NCBI GenBank assembly: GCA_036172245.1
Contig: JAYWIR010000021.1
Location: 2,728,001-2,792,000 of the forward strand
Reading direction: 5' to 3'
DNA length: 64,000 bases
Origin: Raillietiella orientalis
Lineage: Eukaryota
The notes below the pieces were generated by a model. That model was given only the letters and a program-made list of their open reading frames with translations. It was not told the DNA's origin and did no database searches. The translations under genes were made by a program, and so were the position numbers. Below, piece by piece: positions 26,500 through 39,761 of the stretch. The stretch's first letter is position 1, and each line of letters begins with the position of its first letter.

Positions 26500-29443
26500 T
26501 GCATTATGCTCATATGATGCAAGGGATTCATGGAACGATTCTCGTCTTGAAAGTTCAGAAAAGGCATCCGTTTAACATTAGCAACGATGCTATTTTTTCA
26601 AGTTGGCAAAAAGGAAACAGTGTCTTCTATGGGATTTGGATCCATGGAAGCAAGTGCTCCTGAGCTAAAGGGAATCTTCCATTTTTTGAAACTGCCAACG
26701 GAAGTTTGCCTCCATGGATAGCCTGGTCATTATCAAACTTTTTCTTCAGCGCTAAATTATTCCATGTCGCTCCTATTAAGAACGTCTCGAGCATCATCTC
26801 TTGAGAAAATTCACTGCGCTGCCCATCTCAAGACTGAAGCTGCATCTCCGTCCAACGGAGGAGGGAAAAAAAAAAAAAAAACTGCTCGGAATACGTCCGC
26901 GCGGTGGTGATTTCCGAAATCTCTGCCCGTCGTACGCTCACATCAATATTTTCTCAATCCGAGATTCTGCAGCTCTAAAGTCCTGCGTTGCGGATTCCAA
27001 GATTTCTGAGATGGCTTATCAAATGCGAGCGTATCCTGGAGGAAGAAACCAATGGCTATTTCAAAAAAAAAAAAAACATTCAATAAGATGGAAGCTTTCT
27101 ACCAAAGGTATTGCTGAACTTCTGGCTGCCTATTCGCTCCATGGCATTGCATGTAATTATTATGAGCACAATTTAGAATAATTATGAGGGTCTTATTTTT
27201 GAGTGATCTCACTTTCTTCTTCTTCTTCTTCCTGCAAACCGATTTGAGACACTTTCGTATCAAAGCGAACGTAAATGCACCGCAGTAAATTTCCGTTTGC
27301 ATGCCTCACGGCACGCTCAAGCAGATCTGACAGGAGAAGAAATTCTCGGCAGAATTCGGTGTCAGCAAAAGGAAGCAGCCACTGGCTTTTCAGCAGCTGA
27401 TGTGGATGGACGTTAGATAAATTTCAGGTCTGTTGGATTAGAAACAGATCTTTGGAAGATAGGCGGTACAGGGCAGCTAAAACCAATCTTGGAACGGCAA
27501 TAAATTGTTTAATACTCTTCGCGGTACTATGGTTCCTCTTATTTTGCCCGTTAGCAGGAACGACAAACTAAGAAATGATAGATTGGACAACAACTGATGA
27601 GACTTTAAATGAACGGTGTCGCCGCAGGGCAGTTTACCATTCAAGCGTTATGCCAATGACAAAACAAGAATCCATAAAAGATTATGTTGGGATCTCCTGT
27701 TATTTGTCCGGTCCTGCTGGTAAGGTCAGCCTAATGCTATGTCTACAGAATGGGAGCACCAGTTTCCTCCTTAAGACAAGGAACCTTGAACCCTGTTCTT
27801 GCATCTTCGAGGCCGTTGAAACAAACTGCCTTTGCAGCATACGGTATTCTCCGTGATATGCATCGGCATGGCTGTGGAACTTTCGATTTGAAAGTGCGAG
27901 TCTCGAGATCTGTTCTCCCGCTCGTACCATTTTCGCGGCGAGACTGTACTTCGGAGTGCTATCTAAGGCACTTACGGGGACCCCATAGGTAGGTTGCATA
28001 CATGGGATGCCTCCTGGGCACGGTAGCGTCTGATGCACGAGGTGATCAGGTACGCACGGCAGATTCCTTCGTCTGTGTGCGTCCCTGCTCTTCATGAAGA
28101 ACTCAGAATGGAGAATCCTCATGCTTCATTTTCAGAGTTCCTTGCTATGCCCTCAGGCGCAAGCTCAGAGTGTGCAAACCGTGTGTACTCGGGGTGACCA
28201 ACCGTGATTTCTCTCGCTCTCCGAATTGAGTGATTGCTAGGATCGCTTGCGTGAAACACGCAGCGGCAGAAGCCCCAGCTTTAACTCTGGGTTTGTTCCC
28301 GTTGCCTCTGACTGACCTCACAGAATGCGCGTTTCGTAAAAGTTTCATCCGCTACCAACGATTCGCCACGAGTCCATCAGTCCAATTCCATACATTCTTC
28401 GCTTCGCCAGGTCGCCTTCTTCGTATGCCAGCTTGGTACGTAGATTCGTCCTCTGCACGGAACATTGGTGATGGACAGTGGTCGCAGTGAATCACCAGCA
28501 CTGCCGCAACTGATCCGTGGTGAAACCTCCAATTCTGCAGCCGCAGAATCAACAGAAAGGGTGTCATTAGGTTAAAAGCACCCCATGGATTTTTGCGGAA
28601 TAAAATGATAAACCAGCGATGTCTACCCAACCGGAAACCCTTCTTCCATGTGTGTGTAGGCCAAGTGAAGCAAACTTTGCTGATTCCTAGAAAATGAATG
28701 TAAATAAATTCATTTGGCATGGGTTAATCTCTCTGAAAACGATGAAAGTGCTTAGAAATGGAGTACGCATTTTGTTATTATTCAGGGCCCCCGGTCGCAG
28801 CAAGGGAACCAAAGTGCAGTTTGAATCGATTATGGGGTGTCCCCAAAATTGCATGGCCATAGCCCGCTCCTCAAGAACATGATTCATTCTTCCGTCAGTT
28901 CTTCAGCCAGCATTTCAGACCTTGTCGTAAAGGGTTGCTCCGTCGATCGATACATCTATAAAATGAGGATATATATAAAAGAAAGGGTACTTTTTTTCCC
29001 GGATGAGATCAAATGGGGATTCATTTGCGATTGCTCAGATTCATCAGCCCTATGAAGTTTCACCTCGAGATTTCAGTTTCATACCATGGAGCTTCTGAAT
29101 TTTTCGAAATCTGCGAGATCTGTGAGGGTTCGCCTTCATCCTGCGGCTGTTTCTCCAAGAGGGACTCTATCGTTTCGCTTTTGAGAGCAATCCTTGGTAG
29201 AGCTTCAGTTAAAATAGGGACGAAAGGGATATGGAGAAAATAAAACAAAATCATGAATCATTCGGCGACCGAGTTCTTTTCTTCTTCAGTCCGTGAGGAA
29301 TCCGTGCATCTTCATGAAACAGCCGCTGATTCGTCAAAGGGTTTGTGGTTTCAAAGCAAAGCAAGGAGGAGGCAAACAGTTCTGACTCTCCACGGTAAAA
29401 CAAATATCTCAGCGCCTGAGAGTTGCTTGGTTTGAAGTCAAAG

Positions 29444-29445
<2 letters not shown>

Positions 29446-29496
<51 letters not shown>
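29446..29496. repeat. (AC)n microsatellite, about 25 units
   Basis: Read directly from the sequence. Confidence 0.95.
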
Positions 29497-29498
<2 letters not shown>

Positions 29499-30033
29499 CC
29501 GATCTTCCTTGTGCCTTTGCACTGTTTTGACCCGAAGAGTTCACGAGCGTTTTACTCAGCTTACTGAAGATCGGGAGCCTCAGCTCCTAGGAGTCACTGA
29601 AGCAGTGGAAACGTTCTTCTGAGCTTTCAGAGTGCGACAGGGAAAAGAGGACTGTCAAACCGTCTCCTGGAGTGTCTTCGGTCGATAGTCTGCATCTGGA
29701 CCGAAAACATGACACGTTGCGAATCGAATCAGGGTTGCATTTACAATCTCCGCATGTCTAAAAAAACTCGGAGGCGCAGGCTTTTGTGTGTATGTGTTCT
29801 TCGAGAGAATTGGAATCTGCATCTTTCAAGATAGACAACTCCTGAACGGACACCGGCTTGTCACCTTTCATGTGTGGAGAAAGGAACAGCTTTTCGGACG
29901 GGGAAAAAAAAAAAAAAAGAGAGAGGGAACTCTTGCATCACGACGATATCACTAGGGGTGGTCCTTTCGAAAGAGACGGTGTTTCCTTATTTCTTTGTTC
30001 ATTTTTTGTTGGTATCCTATTCTGCCGGATATA

Positions 30034-30067
30034 TGAAAATGCAAAGTTATTTAACTTTGCATTTTCA
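30034..30067. repeat. Perfect inverted repeat (16-bp arms, 2-nt spacer)
   Basis: tgaaaatgcaaagtta-tt-taactttgcattttca. Confidence 0.95.
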
Positions 30068-32815
30068 GCTCTTCACAGCTTCAGATGAGGTCTCACATGC
30101 CCTGGAAATTTTAGAGAAACAACAGTTCCCTTCATCAGCCAGCTGTGACTACGTAGCACAGGAGACGAAGTAGTGGTTCGACTCGTTCACACGCCATCTC
30201 GAGTTGCTCGATAATCTTCTTGTCTGTACAACGCTGGTTAGTCCCGACGATCTTATTATGAATCCCCTATGGAGTTGCGAGCAATGCCTTGGGTGAGACC
30301 TCAGATGGCGTCATAGGATGCGTCCAACTAAATGGAAAAGTGGTGGTGGCTTCATACGGCCGTGACTCCAGTCAGCCATTCTGCCAAATTCTGATCTTAG
30401 GTCACATCTCCTCTAATCCATTGGAGAGGACGGAGTTCTCTAAAAGGCCACCATCTGTATATCGTCAGAGAACGAGGGAAGCAGTTGAGGCAGAGCTTCT
30501 TAGCGCCTCTACCGATGGGTGCCTCTTCTCCCAAGATGGAATCTGATTCTGCTGGTGCGTGCACGAGAGGCCACGACGAGCTTCTACTCCCGGAACGAGC
30601 CTTATCTCTTCTAAAAGGTCTTCAGCAGGAAATGAGGACATATATCCACGCAAGGAAGACCTGTTGTTTAGCTTCAGGTACAGATACACACACAATCTTC
30701 CAACTCGGTCAGCTTCCACTTCACCCAGCAAAATTCCTGTGGCTACTCTTCCCAGGTCGAAGAAAGAATGAAAGCAGTTTCCAGGAGTCATGCTCATCTA
30801 GTGCAGCTGCAAGAAGAGCAGGAAAGAAAAGAGGAGAAAAATCTGAATTGACTCGGAAGGGAAAAACAAAAACGAAACGCTCTAAGGCTTGCTCCGATAT
30901 TCACGGAGTATCTTCGACTTCTTCGCCTTGTTCTCCGTGCCTGACCAGAGTTCGACCGCAAAGCTGGCGCCACGGTTGCGCGAGGAAGGCTACACGTCTG
31001 AAGGAATTGACACCACGTCAAAGAAGGAAGTCGCTGACAAGTCACAACTCTAGGATTGGGAGAAAAGCGGAGGAGAAGCAAAGTCTCAGGTTCTCGGGAG
31101 AGCATCGAAAGGTAAGGAAGTCTATCTCTTCCGAGTTCATCTCTTTCGCATCTGCTTTGCGAGCTCGCGTGACCGTCCGTTCGAGAGATGTTCGCCACCA
31201 CGGCTCGTGATGCGAACCTCCACTTTCTCTTATGCATCACATGCATAAAAAGCTCTGCAAAGATTCGCTCGCTCCTTCATCCTCGTCCTTTTGATCTTAT
31301 CATTTTCCACGTAGAAATCTGTAGCGAAAACAGCTGGAGGTTGAAGAACTTGCAGCAGAACGACTGAGTGAAAGTGCATCAGGAACAGCAACGTCTCACA
31401 TAAGGAATCAGCTGACACTGACGACTGTCTCAGAAGCACTCCTGGACAGCGGTTATCACCTGCTTGAAGAATCTCCCCTTGATGCATTTCCTGGTCTCTG
31501 TATTTCCTGGCTTCTTACCAAGCTTTGAAGCGGGAGGGGTCGCATGCCTGGATCCTCACGGGGAAGGCTTTGCAGCTTCCCTGTGGTCCATTAAGAGCAC
31601 TTCCGCACTTCTCTTCTGTCTTTTACACCTTTCCGCATTAAGAAGCATCTCTGCATTAGGTGGTTGGCTCCTGAATTGCTGAATCGTTTGAGAGGAAGAT
31701 TCTCGTCAAGAGATTGAACTTGATCTCATCTCCAGCTTTTTACTTCCTTTTTTCGAGGAAGGAAGAGGCGGGAGGGAGAGGAGAGGTCATTCTTTGTCAT
31801 TTGAGGAGGAGGATGAGCAGAAGGACTGCTGCTCTAGCAAGGGCTCTGAAGACGAGCATCACGAAACAGATCCACTCCGGCGACGCCTGAAGCGACGGCT
31901 TCTAGAGCTTTCCTTCCTGTCTTTGAGCATCCAACATTCACTCCAGCAGACTCGCCAGAACGGTGGACTGCCTTTCAGTCAATGCAAATAGGAAAAAATC
32001 CGCCTTCTACAGCGGAGGACTGGGAGGGAGGCTGGAGGCAGCCTCTCTGATGCACAAATGCGGCTTTGCTGCCATTCAGAAAGAAGGGGGAAAAAAAAAA
32101 CGAGCCTCAAGAAACGCACCTGCCGGGGCTGCTCGTGACGCCTGTCGGCAAACGGGCAGGGCCAGGAAGGGTCAAATGCACCGTTAATCGATCGCGGCTT
32201 GCGCAGCGGTTCGGTGGCCGGGCGGCCAGGCCGCCACACCGGGAGCGAGGCGGTGCTCGGCAGTCATCCCCAGAACGGTCCGTCAGAGACCACGAGGAAA
32301 AAGAAAACGCACGGCGTTGCTTTGACAACAACCTCGGCCCTGGCGATTTCTCGAGAGCGCGCATGCCCGGCTGTTTCTTCCTTCGAGCGAACCGAGGGAG
32401 GTGGCCGTCTCTCTCGGCGTCGGGTGGCGACGAATGCGGGCGCATGGCGTCGTCGTGACTCGACTGCCGCCTGATTTCCGGACTTTTCTGTTGACGAAGC
32501 TCAGGTTCAGGAGCGTGCGTCCTCGAGGAAGGGTTCTGCAGTAGAGCTAGGCCCTGGTCCAGCTGCCGGGCAGCAGCCAGCCATGAGCCTTCGGGAAGGG
32601 GAACGATCTGGAAACTCTTGGAAAGGAGCTGCGGTTGCCCTCCGAACCGAGTTGCACCTCGCGCAGTGCAGAGATGGGAGCGAAGAAGGGACTGGCCCTC
32701 GCAGAAAAAGCACTGTTCCACCGGGACGGGAACAAAGGAAAAACTCTGGCGCGCCCACCCGTTCCGCTTTTCATTTCCACGCGTGCGAACCGCGGGCCAG
32801 CGTAACCGTCCGGCA

Positions 32816-32832
32816 CGCGCGCGCGCGCGCGC
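32816..32832. repeat. (CG)8 alternating tract
   Basis: cgcgcgcgcgcgcgcgc. Confidence 0.9.
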
Positions 32833-35800
32833 AGCGAGCCAAAAAAGCGTGTCGAGTAACGGAGTCGAAATTTCCTCGGAGGTGCGGACGTGGCGACGGC
32901 GGGCGGCAGATGCGATGAGGAGACGCGCACGAGCTCTTCCGGTTTCTCTCCGGTGAGGCGGAGGCGCTGCCTCCAGCCCGGCTGCTCGTTTCTCTCCCAC
33001 CCCGGGTGAAGAGGAACGCTCTTCCTTTCCTCTTCTTGCTTTTCCTGCTTTCTCACCGAGGGAGCAGACTTCATCGGTTGCTGGGAAACTCAACTGCGGG
33101 AGAGCGGAGGTTAGGAAAGCGACTGCCGGTGCAGACGGCGGACGAAACTGAAGCTTCGGCACCATGGGACGCTGAGGGGGCCGGATGCCGTCGCCACATC
33201 TTCGCCCTCCGACTCTGGATTTCGTCGAACACTGGGCAACCCCCGTTGCTGCAATGCAACGCCGCACGCGCGTCCACCGAAGAGATGACAGAGCGTCACA
33301 GCTTGGCGCAGAGTCTTTTCGAGACACCTGGAGATCCCAAGGACAGATACACACGCATGAGCTTCATGCGTCTTTTGTTCTCCCTTGTTCCATTCCGGCA
33401 GGATGGCTGCGAAAGGCTTCTTTGCTACAAGCGGCACTGCTTCTCGGCACAGGAGAAAAAGGGAACCTCGTGACTCGAAGACAGACCGATCCGGCGTCTC
33501 GTGACTTGGGCGCGTGCTCGCTCGCGCGTAGCTTCCGACGACCCGCACGCCTGCGCTCAACCCACCCTCTGCGCGCAAGAAGCGAGCGGAGGAGCTGCAA
33601 CGAGCGGAAACAAGGGAGCTGCCTGAAGAGGAGGGGCGAGTCTGCGAGATCCCTTCCTCCAGACGCTCCTTGCTGCTGCCATCTTTCCCTCCGACCGAGA
33701 TGCCTTTCGGTGGCGTCAAAAAAGAAAAAAATGCAAAAAAACGTTCACCTCGAGGAGCCTCTGAGCGGAAGCCTCTGCCAAACGCCGGGGTGCTCCCCGG
33801 GGTGCCGGTGTGGCTCGAAAGGGTTCATGTTCGTGGGGAGACCGGATTGGGTTGCCACCCTCACCTGTCACTATCCGATCCTTTCTGGGCGAGTCCGTTT
33901 TCCTGTTCCTTTCCTAGAAGGCCGAAAATAAGTCCCAGGTCTCCCCTTCCGCAGGACATTTCGGGCAACACTTTTCATCCAGTTCTTCATCTCTTGAGGA
34001 GCCGATCCCGTGGCCTGGGGGAGAGCCGGGGCGGCAGGCGTTTCCCGGCCTGTTCTACCGAGTGTAATGTGTGGGCACCCGGCAGTGGCGAGCAGGGGAC
34101 GGCAGCAACGACCAAGGAGCCACGGTTTCTCCTCGTACAAGGGATGGCGCGTGTCCTGTCGTGCGTAGGCTGGGGCAGGGGAGATCGCTCCCGGACGGAC
34201 GTCCCGAGCGAGCAGCTTCCTCGTGCTCCGCTCTCTCTTCTCCAATCACAACCACCCGTCCTCGGCTGTCGGGTTCCTTCCGGAAGCGGGGTTGAAGGAT
34301 GGAGGAGGCGCTCCGCTTCCGCGCCGGGTCGGGAAGAGGGACACACGTTCTGAAGGCGTGGCCCCCGCGTGGCGAACTCAGAGGGGGCTCCCCTTCCCGA
34401 ATTAGAACGCCTGGTCTGCAGGAGGCGGCACCCGAGGGGCGACGCTGCGAATCTCACGCAGGCTCCCTAACGAGCGAGTCGAATCCTGGAGCGGTTCAAA
34501 GATGCGTCCTCCCGCCCTCGCTCACCCTCTCAGCCCACCTGCCGGAAAGAGAAACAAAAAACGGGTCATCGTCCGTACGGAATCCCAACGTCCAGCATTT
34601 TTTCTTTTTTGGGCCACCTTCTTTCGAGCCGGAAGATCCAGTTGGCAGCACTGGTAGGGGAGCTCCTCTTCCTGCCCGATGGTGCTCCCGATCGATGGCC
34701 GTCGTGCCTGTAGTCCTAAGATCGGTCGCGGACCGGGGACATCTGGAAGGGGATCCTCCTAGTCGCTCGTTTACCCCAGTCCGAAAGAAGGTCCGTTTGT
34801 GGGTGCGCAGGCGCAATGGAAGGAGGACAGAATGGGAAGCAGCAACTCCCTTTCCCCTTCCCTTCCTGGATGGGATCGGCTGGATTCCCCTGCCCTCACC
34901 AACCAGATTGCTCTTCTGGAAGCCAAGGTGAAGATTCCGCAGAGCCCTTTTTTTGGGGGAGGAAGAGGCGAGAAGTGGGGGAAGGGGGAGGAGGAGAAGG
35001 AGGGAAAAAGTGCTGCCGTCTTCACCTGGCAACGGTTTCCCCAGAACACGCATCCGAAGCTTCCCGCCAGTACCGCCCCGAATTTTCTGAGTAACCCGGG
35101 AGAAGGAAGGAAATTCACGTCGGGTGTTCTCGCGGTGCTCCCGGAACGATGCAGGCATGATCGCGACCGGCGCCTAGGAAACCCAAAGGCCACGCATCCG
35201 CTCCCCCGGTCATCCTCCTCCTTAGGAGTGCTGCCGCACTCCTTTTTGCTGGGCGCAGCGTCCCGGGAGAGGATGTCAGGAACGGAAGAAAGGAACGAAA
35301 GAAAGGAGAGCAGCGGGAGAAGGAGGATCCCCGTGAGAGACGCGGCGGGGCTTCCTGGGAGGCAGCAAGGGAGACCCTGAACCGTCTCCGAGCAGCGGCG
35401 GGACCGCATCGCGATCCCGAGAGGCAGCAGGGAGGAGCAGGAGGGGATCGGCTCCGTTCCCGCAGGCGACACGCTTCAGGTTGGCCGATCGGCCGAGGTG
35501 GCAGATGCTTTGCCAGAGGAGAGGGGTCTCCCCCCTCTTGCCCCCTTCCTTCCCAGATGGCGACGCCCTCCGGGCTCTTCCTCTCCCGCCCGCTCCCGTT
35601 CCGCGCCGCCAACTGACGCTCGCGTGCGTCCCGGAGCGCCCACAAATCAACTTGTCTTCCACTCCTCCCCCTTTGTCCTTACGAGCGCCATTATCAGGTC
35701 GGGTCCTTCACTCCTTTATCCCCTCCTTCCTTCTTTTCATCCACAGCCCTTTCCCCCCCCCCCCCCCTTTCTCTCTCCTTCTTCTTCACCTCCTCTGTCC

Positions 35801-37299
35801 CCCTCCCCTTTCCACGCTTTTCCTATCCCCGCCTATGAGTTCCTCTCGCCTGGCTCGCCGGCCGGAAGGAGCGCACCCGCTCGCGTTTTCCTCCCCCTCT
35901 CGAGGGAGGGAAGGGAGGAAACCGCTCCCCACGCTTCTCCCGGTCGAGAGCGAAGGGTGCCAGGGTTAGGAGAAAAGGCGGGGTACGGAGTGATGAGGGT
36001 AGGTGGGGAGGAAAAGAAGGGTCCCGTGACCTGCCGGGGTGAGAGGGTTGATCCAAAGCAACCAGTCCCCCTTCCGCTCCTGGGAACGCTCGCTGCGGCG
36101 TCGGTGGGCGCCGCCTTAGGCGGCAAGCCGCGGAGAAGACGCCCCGAGAAGCGGCTGCCGGTCCGCCGTTCCCCTTGGAAGCGAAGGCGGAGGCGGCGCG
36201 TCAGGAGGCGCGAGCGCCCCACGGAAAGCCGCGGCCGAGGGCGAGTTCTCCACAGGATGACGTCACTCGGTGCGGAGACGGTGGGTTAGGAGCGGAGTCA
36301 GCCACGTAGAGAGAGGCTTCCCCACTTCCTCCAACTCCCCACCCCCATTCCCCGTTCCCCGGTGCGGCGGGCCGGCAAGGGTTTCCGTGGGAGAGGGGGA
36401 GGGGGTAGGACAGCTTGCGGCGGAGTGCCGGCAGAAGGGAGCGCGAACCGTCCCCAAGGTCGCGCGGATGAAGGGAAGCCAGCGGAGCAAGGACGCCGTA
36501 GCGTCCTCTGGGCGCGTCTCGCCGCTGACCTGCTAGAGATTGGCATCGGCCACCATGTGGGATCGGGGGAGGAGAACTCGGTGGGCGCGGACTCGCGTCC
36601 ATCTTCCTGCGGGTCCTCTCCCACGTTCTTTTCCGGATTTCAGGACCATCTCGGGGGGAGGGGGGAAGAGGGCCGGAGGCAGGGTCCTTCGGACGCAGAT
36701 GCTACGATCTCCCTTCGCGTCCACAGCGCCTGGACTCCCCCTATCCTTATCTTTCAGCTTCTCGTTCTCCCGTTCTCGTTCTCTTCTCAAATTCTCCCTT
36801 AGTTTCTCCCTTTCCTATCCCGAACCAGGGGTCTCCATGGACGAGCTCATCTCCCTTTAAAGAGAATGAGGACGAGGAGTCCCTCCCCGAAAAGTTAATC
36901 CTCGCAGGTCTAGGAGACCGCACTTCCTTCCTCCCCCACCCCCAAGAAAAAGCTCCTGCCCGTCGTCCGGATCCCTGATCCGACTGCCTCCAGAACACGG
37001 ACGCCCTCAATGTCAAGGGGAGGCAACCTTGTCGCCCTGAGGGCGTCGACCCCCTTCCCTCCTCCCCTCTTAGCAAATGCGATGCCATTAACGACCTCTA
37101 ATGGCCCTGGAAACTCTTCCCGACCGTAAAGAGCAAGAAAAGGAAAAAGGGGGGGAGCAGGGAGAGAGGGGGAGAGATGGTTCGTTGCTACTTTGTGCGC
37201 CGAGGTTGGTCAACATGGCTTCGGGCAGTTCCAGAACTAGGTGTTAGCCTTGGGGAGAGAATCAAGCGCGACTCTTGCCCGAGGTGGAGGACAGCCATA

Positions 37300-37760
37300 G
37301 GCTCCTCGCGTGTCACGTGACAGGGAGTTCGCGGCGGAGCCCCGGAAAGTGAAAGGAAAGTGGAGAGGAGAATGCGGAGGGGGAGCGAGGGGGGAAGGGA
37401 AGCAAAACAAAAGGGGGAGAGGGGGGAGGGAAGCGAAAAGGGCCAAGGAGAGCGAAGGGAGGGAGTCAGGGAGAGGCGGCGGGCGGCTGCGACTGCAGCG
37501 CACGGCACGCGCAGCGAGCGACCCCGCACGCCTGCGCCGCCGAACGCGGCGGCGGCGGCGGCGGCGGCGGCTGCGGTCTCTCCCGCCCCGCGCGCGCAGA
37601 GCGGACGTCACGCGAGAGCGGAGGTTCGGTTCGGCCTTGCCAGCTGCACGCCAGCAGTGCTCGTGCGGATGCGGACGGGGCGTGCGCGGCAGCAGCGCGC
37701 GCTCGCGCGCGCGTGTGTATGCCCGTGCGTGCGTGCGTGCGTGCGTGCATCTCCTCCGAC
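37300..37760 (+). promoter_or_regulatory. Candidate core promoter / TSS region of the semaphorin gene
   Basis: Palindromic E-box TGTCACGTGACA (37311-37322), GA-rich tract, (GCG)n at 37546-37570, half-CRE gacgtcac near 37605, Inr-like gcagtg at ~37654 followed by cggacg; about 2 kb upstream of the ATG. Confidence 0.4.
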
Positions 37761-39631
37761 TCCCCCTGCCATTGTCGCCGTGGTGACGGCGGCAGCAGTG
37801 CCGGCTGCGCCCGTGCGCTCCGTCCTGTGGCTAGTCGTAGTGGTGGTGATGGTCTCGTGCGGTGTGGATCGGTGGTTGTGTAGTGGGCCTTCGTGCTGCC
37901 AGTGCGGTTCGTCTTCGTGCTGCTGGGGTGAAGGCGGAAAGGACGGGCGAGTGAAATAACGTCTCCTCCTCCCTTGCGAGAGAGGAGGGGGGGTGCAGCG
38001 GCGAAGAGGAAAGCGGCAGCGGCAACGTCGCCTCCGGGCGCAGGGCGTCGGGTGCCCTCTTCTCCCCTGTGTCCTTGCCCTCCAGCCCATGTGCTGTCGC
38101 CCTCCCCCCCCCCCCAGACTTCAGCCCTCCTTGTCCGCTTTCGACCATTCTTTTGCCCTCTGCCACGGTTCCTCCCCGACCCCCTGGTGCCGCCGCCGTC
38201 ATCCGGCTTTTTTTTCCATAGAGTCGGTCTTCTTCACCTTGTGGTTCTGCCGAGGTCAATCGGTCCGTGCTCTGCTGGAAAGTGGACATCCCCGTAGTGG
38301 TGGCTGCTCGGGGCTTTCCCGCCGCGCGTGCCTTCGGCAGCGGCGGCGCTCCCGGTCAGAGCGACGCGTCGTTCTCGTCCCCCCGCCAAGGAAGGGAGCG
38401 GGAGCTCCACACCTGTCTCCGAAACCCCGAGGCTATCTCGGAGGAGGAGGAGGAAAATGACGCAGTGGAAAGATGCCGCCTCCGGGAAGCGTCCGTGCCC
38501 ACGCGGACGGACGCTCCCTAGCGGCGGTGCGCTGCTCTCTCTCTCTTCTCTCTCCCTCTCTCTTTCCTTTCTGTGTGTTTTCCCTTCTTGCGGGCTTTGC
38601 CCGGAGAGCCCTGCGGGTCTCCAAATTGCCGGAGGAAGCGGGCGAGGAGGAAAAGAGCGCGGCGATAGCAGTCGCACGCCCGCGACGAGGAAAAAGCCGT
38701 TGGAGACGATCGTGCGTGGCCACCGGACAGCCGCGCCGCCTTTTCTTTTTTTTCCTTTTTTTTTTGTTGTTGCTGTTTGGGAAGCGCGGGGAGGAGTTAG
38801 AGAGGAAGAAAGAGCCCTGCTGGCGGCGCAGCCTTCCTTCTCCCAGTGTAAACTTCGGTCCTCCCCCTTCCATCCTCTCCTTCTCGGCCTCCCATTTTCC
38901 CCGCTTGCTTGGATAGCGCGGGCGAAAGCAAAAACAGTTGGGAGTCAAGGCGGGAGCGATGGCATCAGAACCCAGGACGTTTCGGAGTTGAGAAGGAAGG
39001 TCGGCAGGGAGACGCGCGCTAAAGGGTCTCTCTGGAGCACGCGGGGAGTGGTCTCTTTCGCCTTTCGGGCTTCACCGCGCCGCGACGTTCCGGGAATTTT
39101 TTGACCTCCCCTCTACTGTTCGGGGGTAGGCGGGAGGCTCCCACGTCCCAGCCATTTCCTGGAGGTTCCTCCCTTTTCTTTCCACCCTCACTCCACTCCG
39201 TTCCGCGTCCGGTGGACGACGTCTGCCGCTGCCCGTTTTCCCCATGGTGTCTTCGCACGCATGCGCACGTCTTCCACGGTGGACTTTTTTTGCTAACACC
39301 CATCTTCCCTGTTCCGTGCGCCCAGGTTCGCCCAGTGCTCCCGTGCTGAGTGTTCGCCCGTCAGGAACCTGCAAAGACCGCAGGGTTTCCCGAGCAACCA
39401 GTCCCGTCCTGTAAGAAGTCAAGCGAACCGGGAGGTCCGACGCAGTCCACCTTCCCCCATCCTTTCTTTGCACCCATCCCGCGTCCAGCAACCGCCCACG
39501 AAACAGTTCCGGAGATGCCGGCGGCTCTGTCGCCACGCGCGCTCAAGGGTGCGCCGTCCAGGACCCCGGAAGAACCTTTTCTGTAGTGACACGTGCGCCC
39601 CTTCCGGTTGCGAGCCGGCGGGAAGAAGACC

Positions 39632-39761
39632 ATGGGTCGTCCGCCGGCAGCGGAAGTCCTCGGGAGCCATGTGGTTATATTGGCTGCCCTGCTTTCGCTC
39701 CTGTGGGCGCCATGCTCCGGGTGGTTTGAGGACATCAAGCCGAGGATCTCCAGAGACTCAG
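39632..39761 (+). CDS. Sema1: Semaphorin coding exon 1 (signal peptide)
   Basis: ACCATGG Kozak context; [43 protein letters not shown] (hydrophobic core, then W-x-E-D-x-x-P as in Sema-1 N-termini). Donor g|gtgagg is phase 1, matching the next exon. Possible acceptor ttttctgtag at 39586 suggests an upstream non-coding exon. Confidence 0.85.

Noticed and set aside
31400..31490. Minus-strand GRFFKQVITAVQECF resembling kinase subdomain VIa
   Set aside because: Followed by a stop, with no HRD or DFG motif nearby
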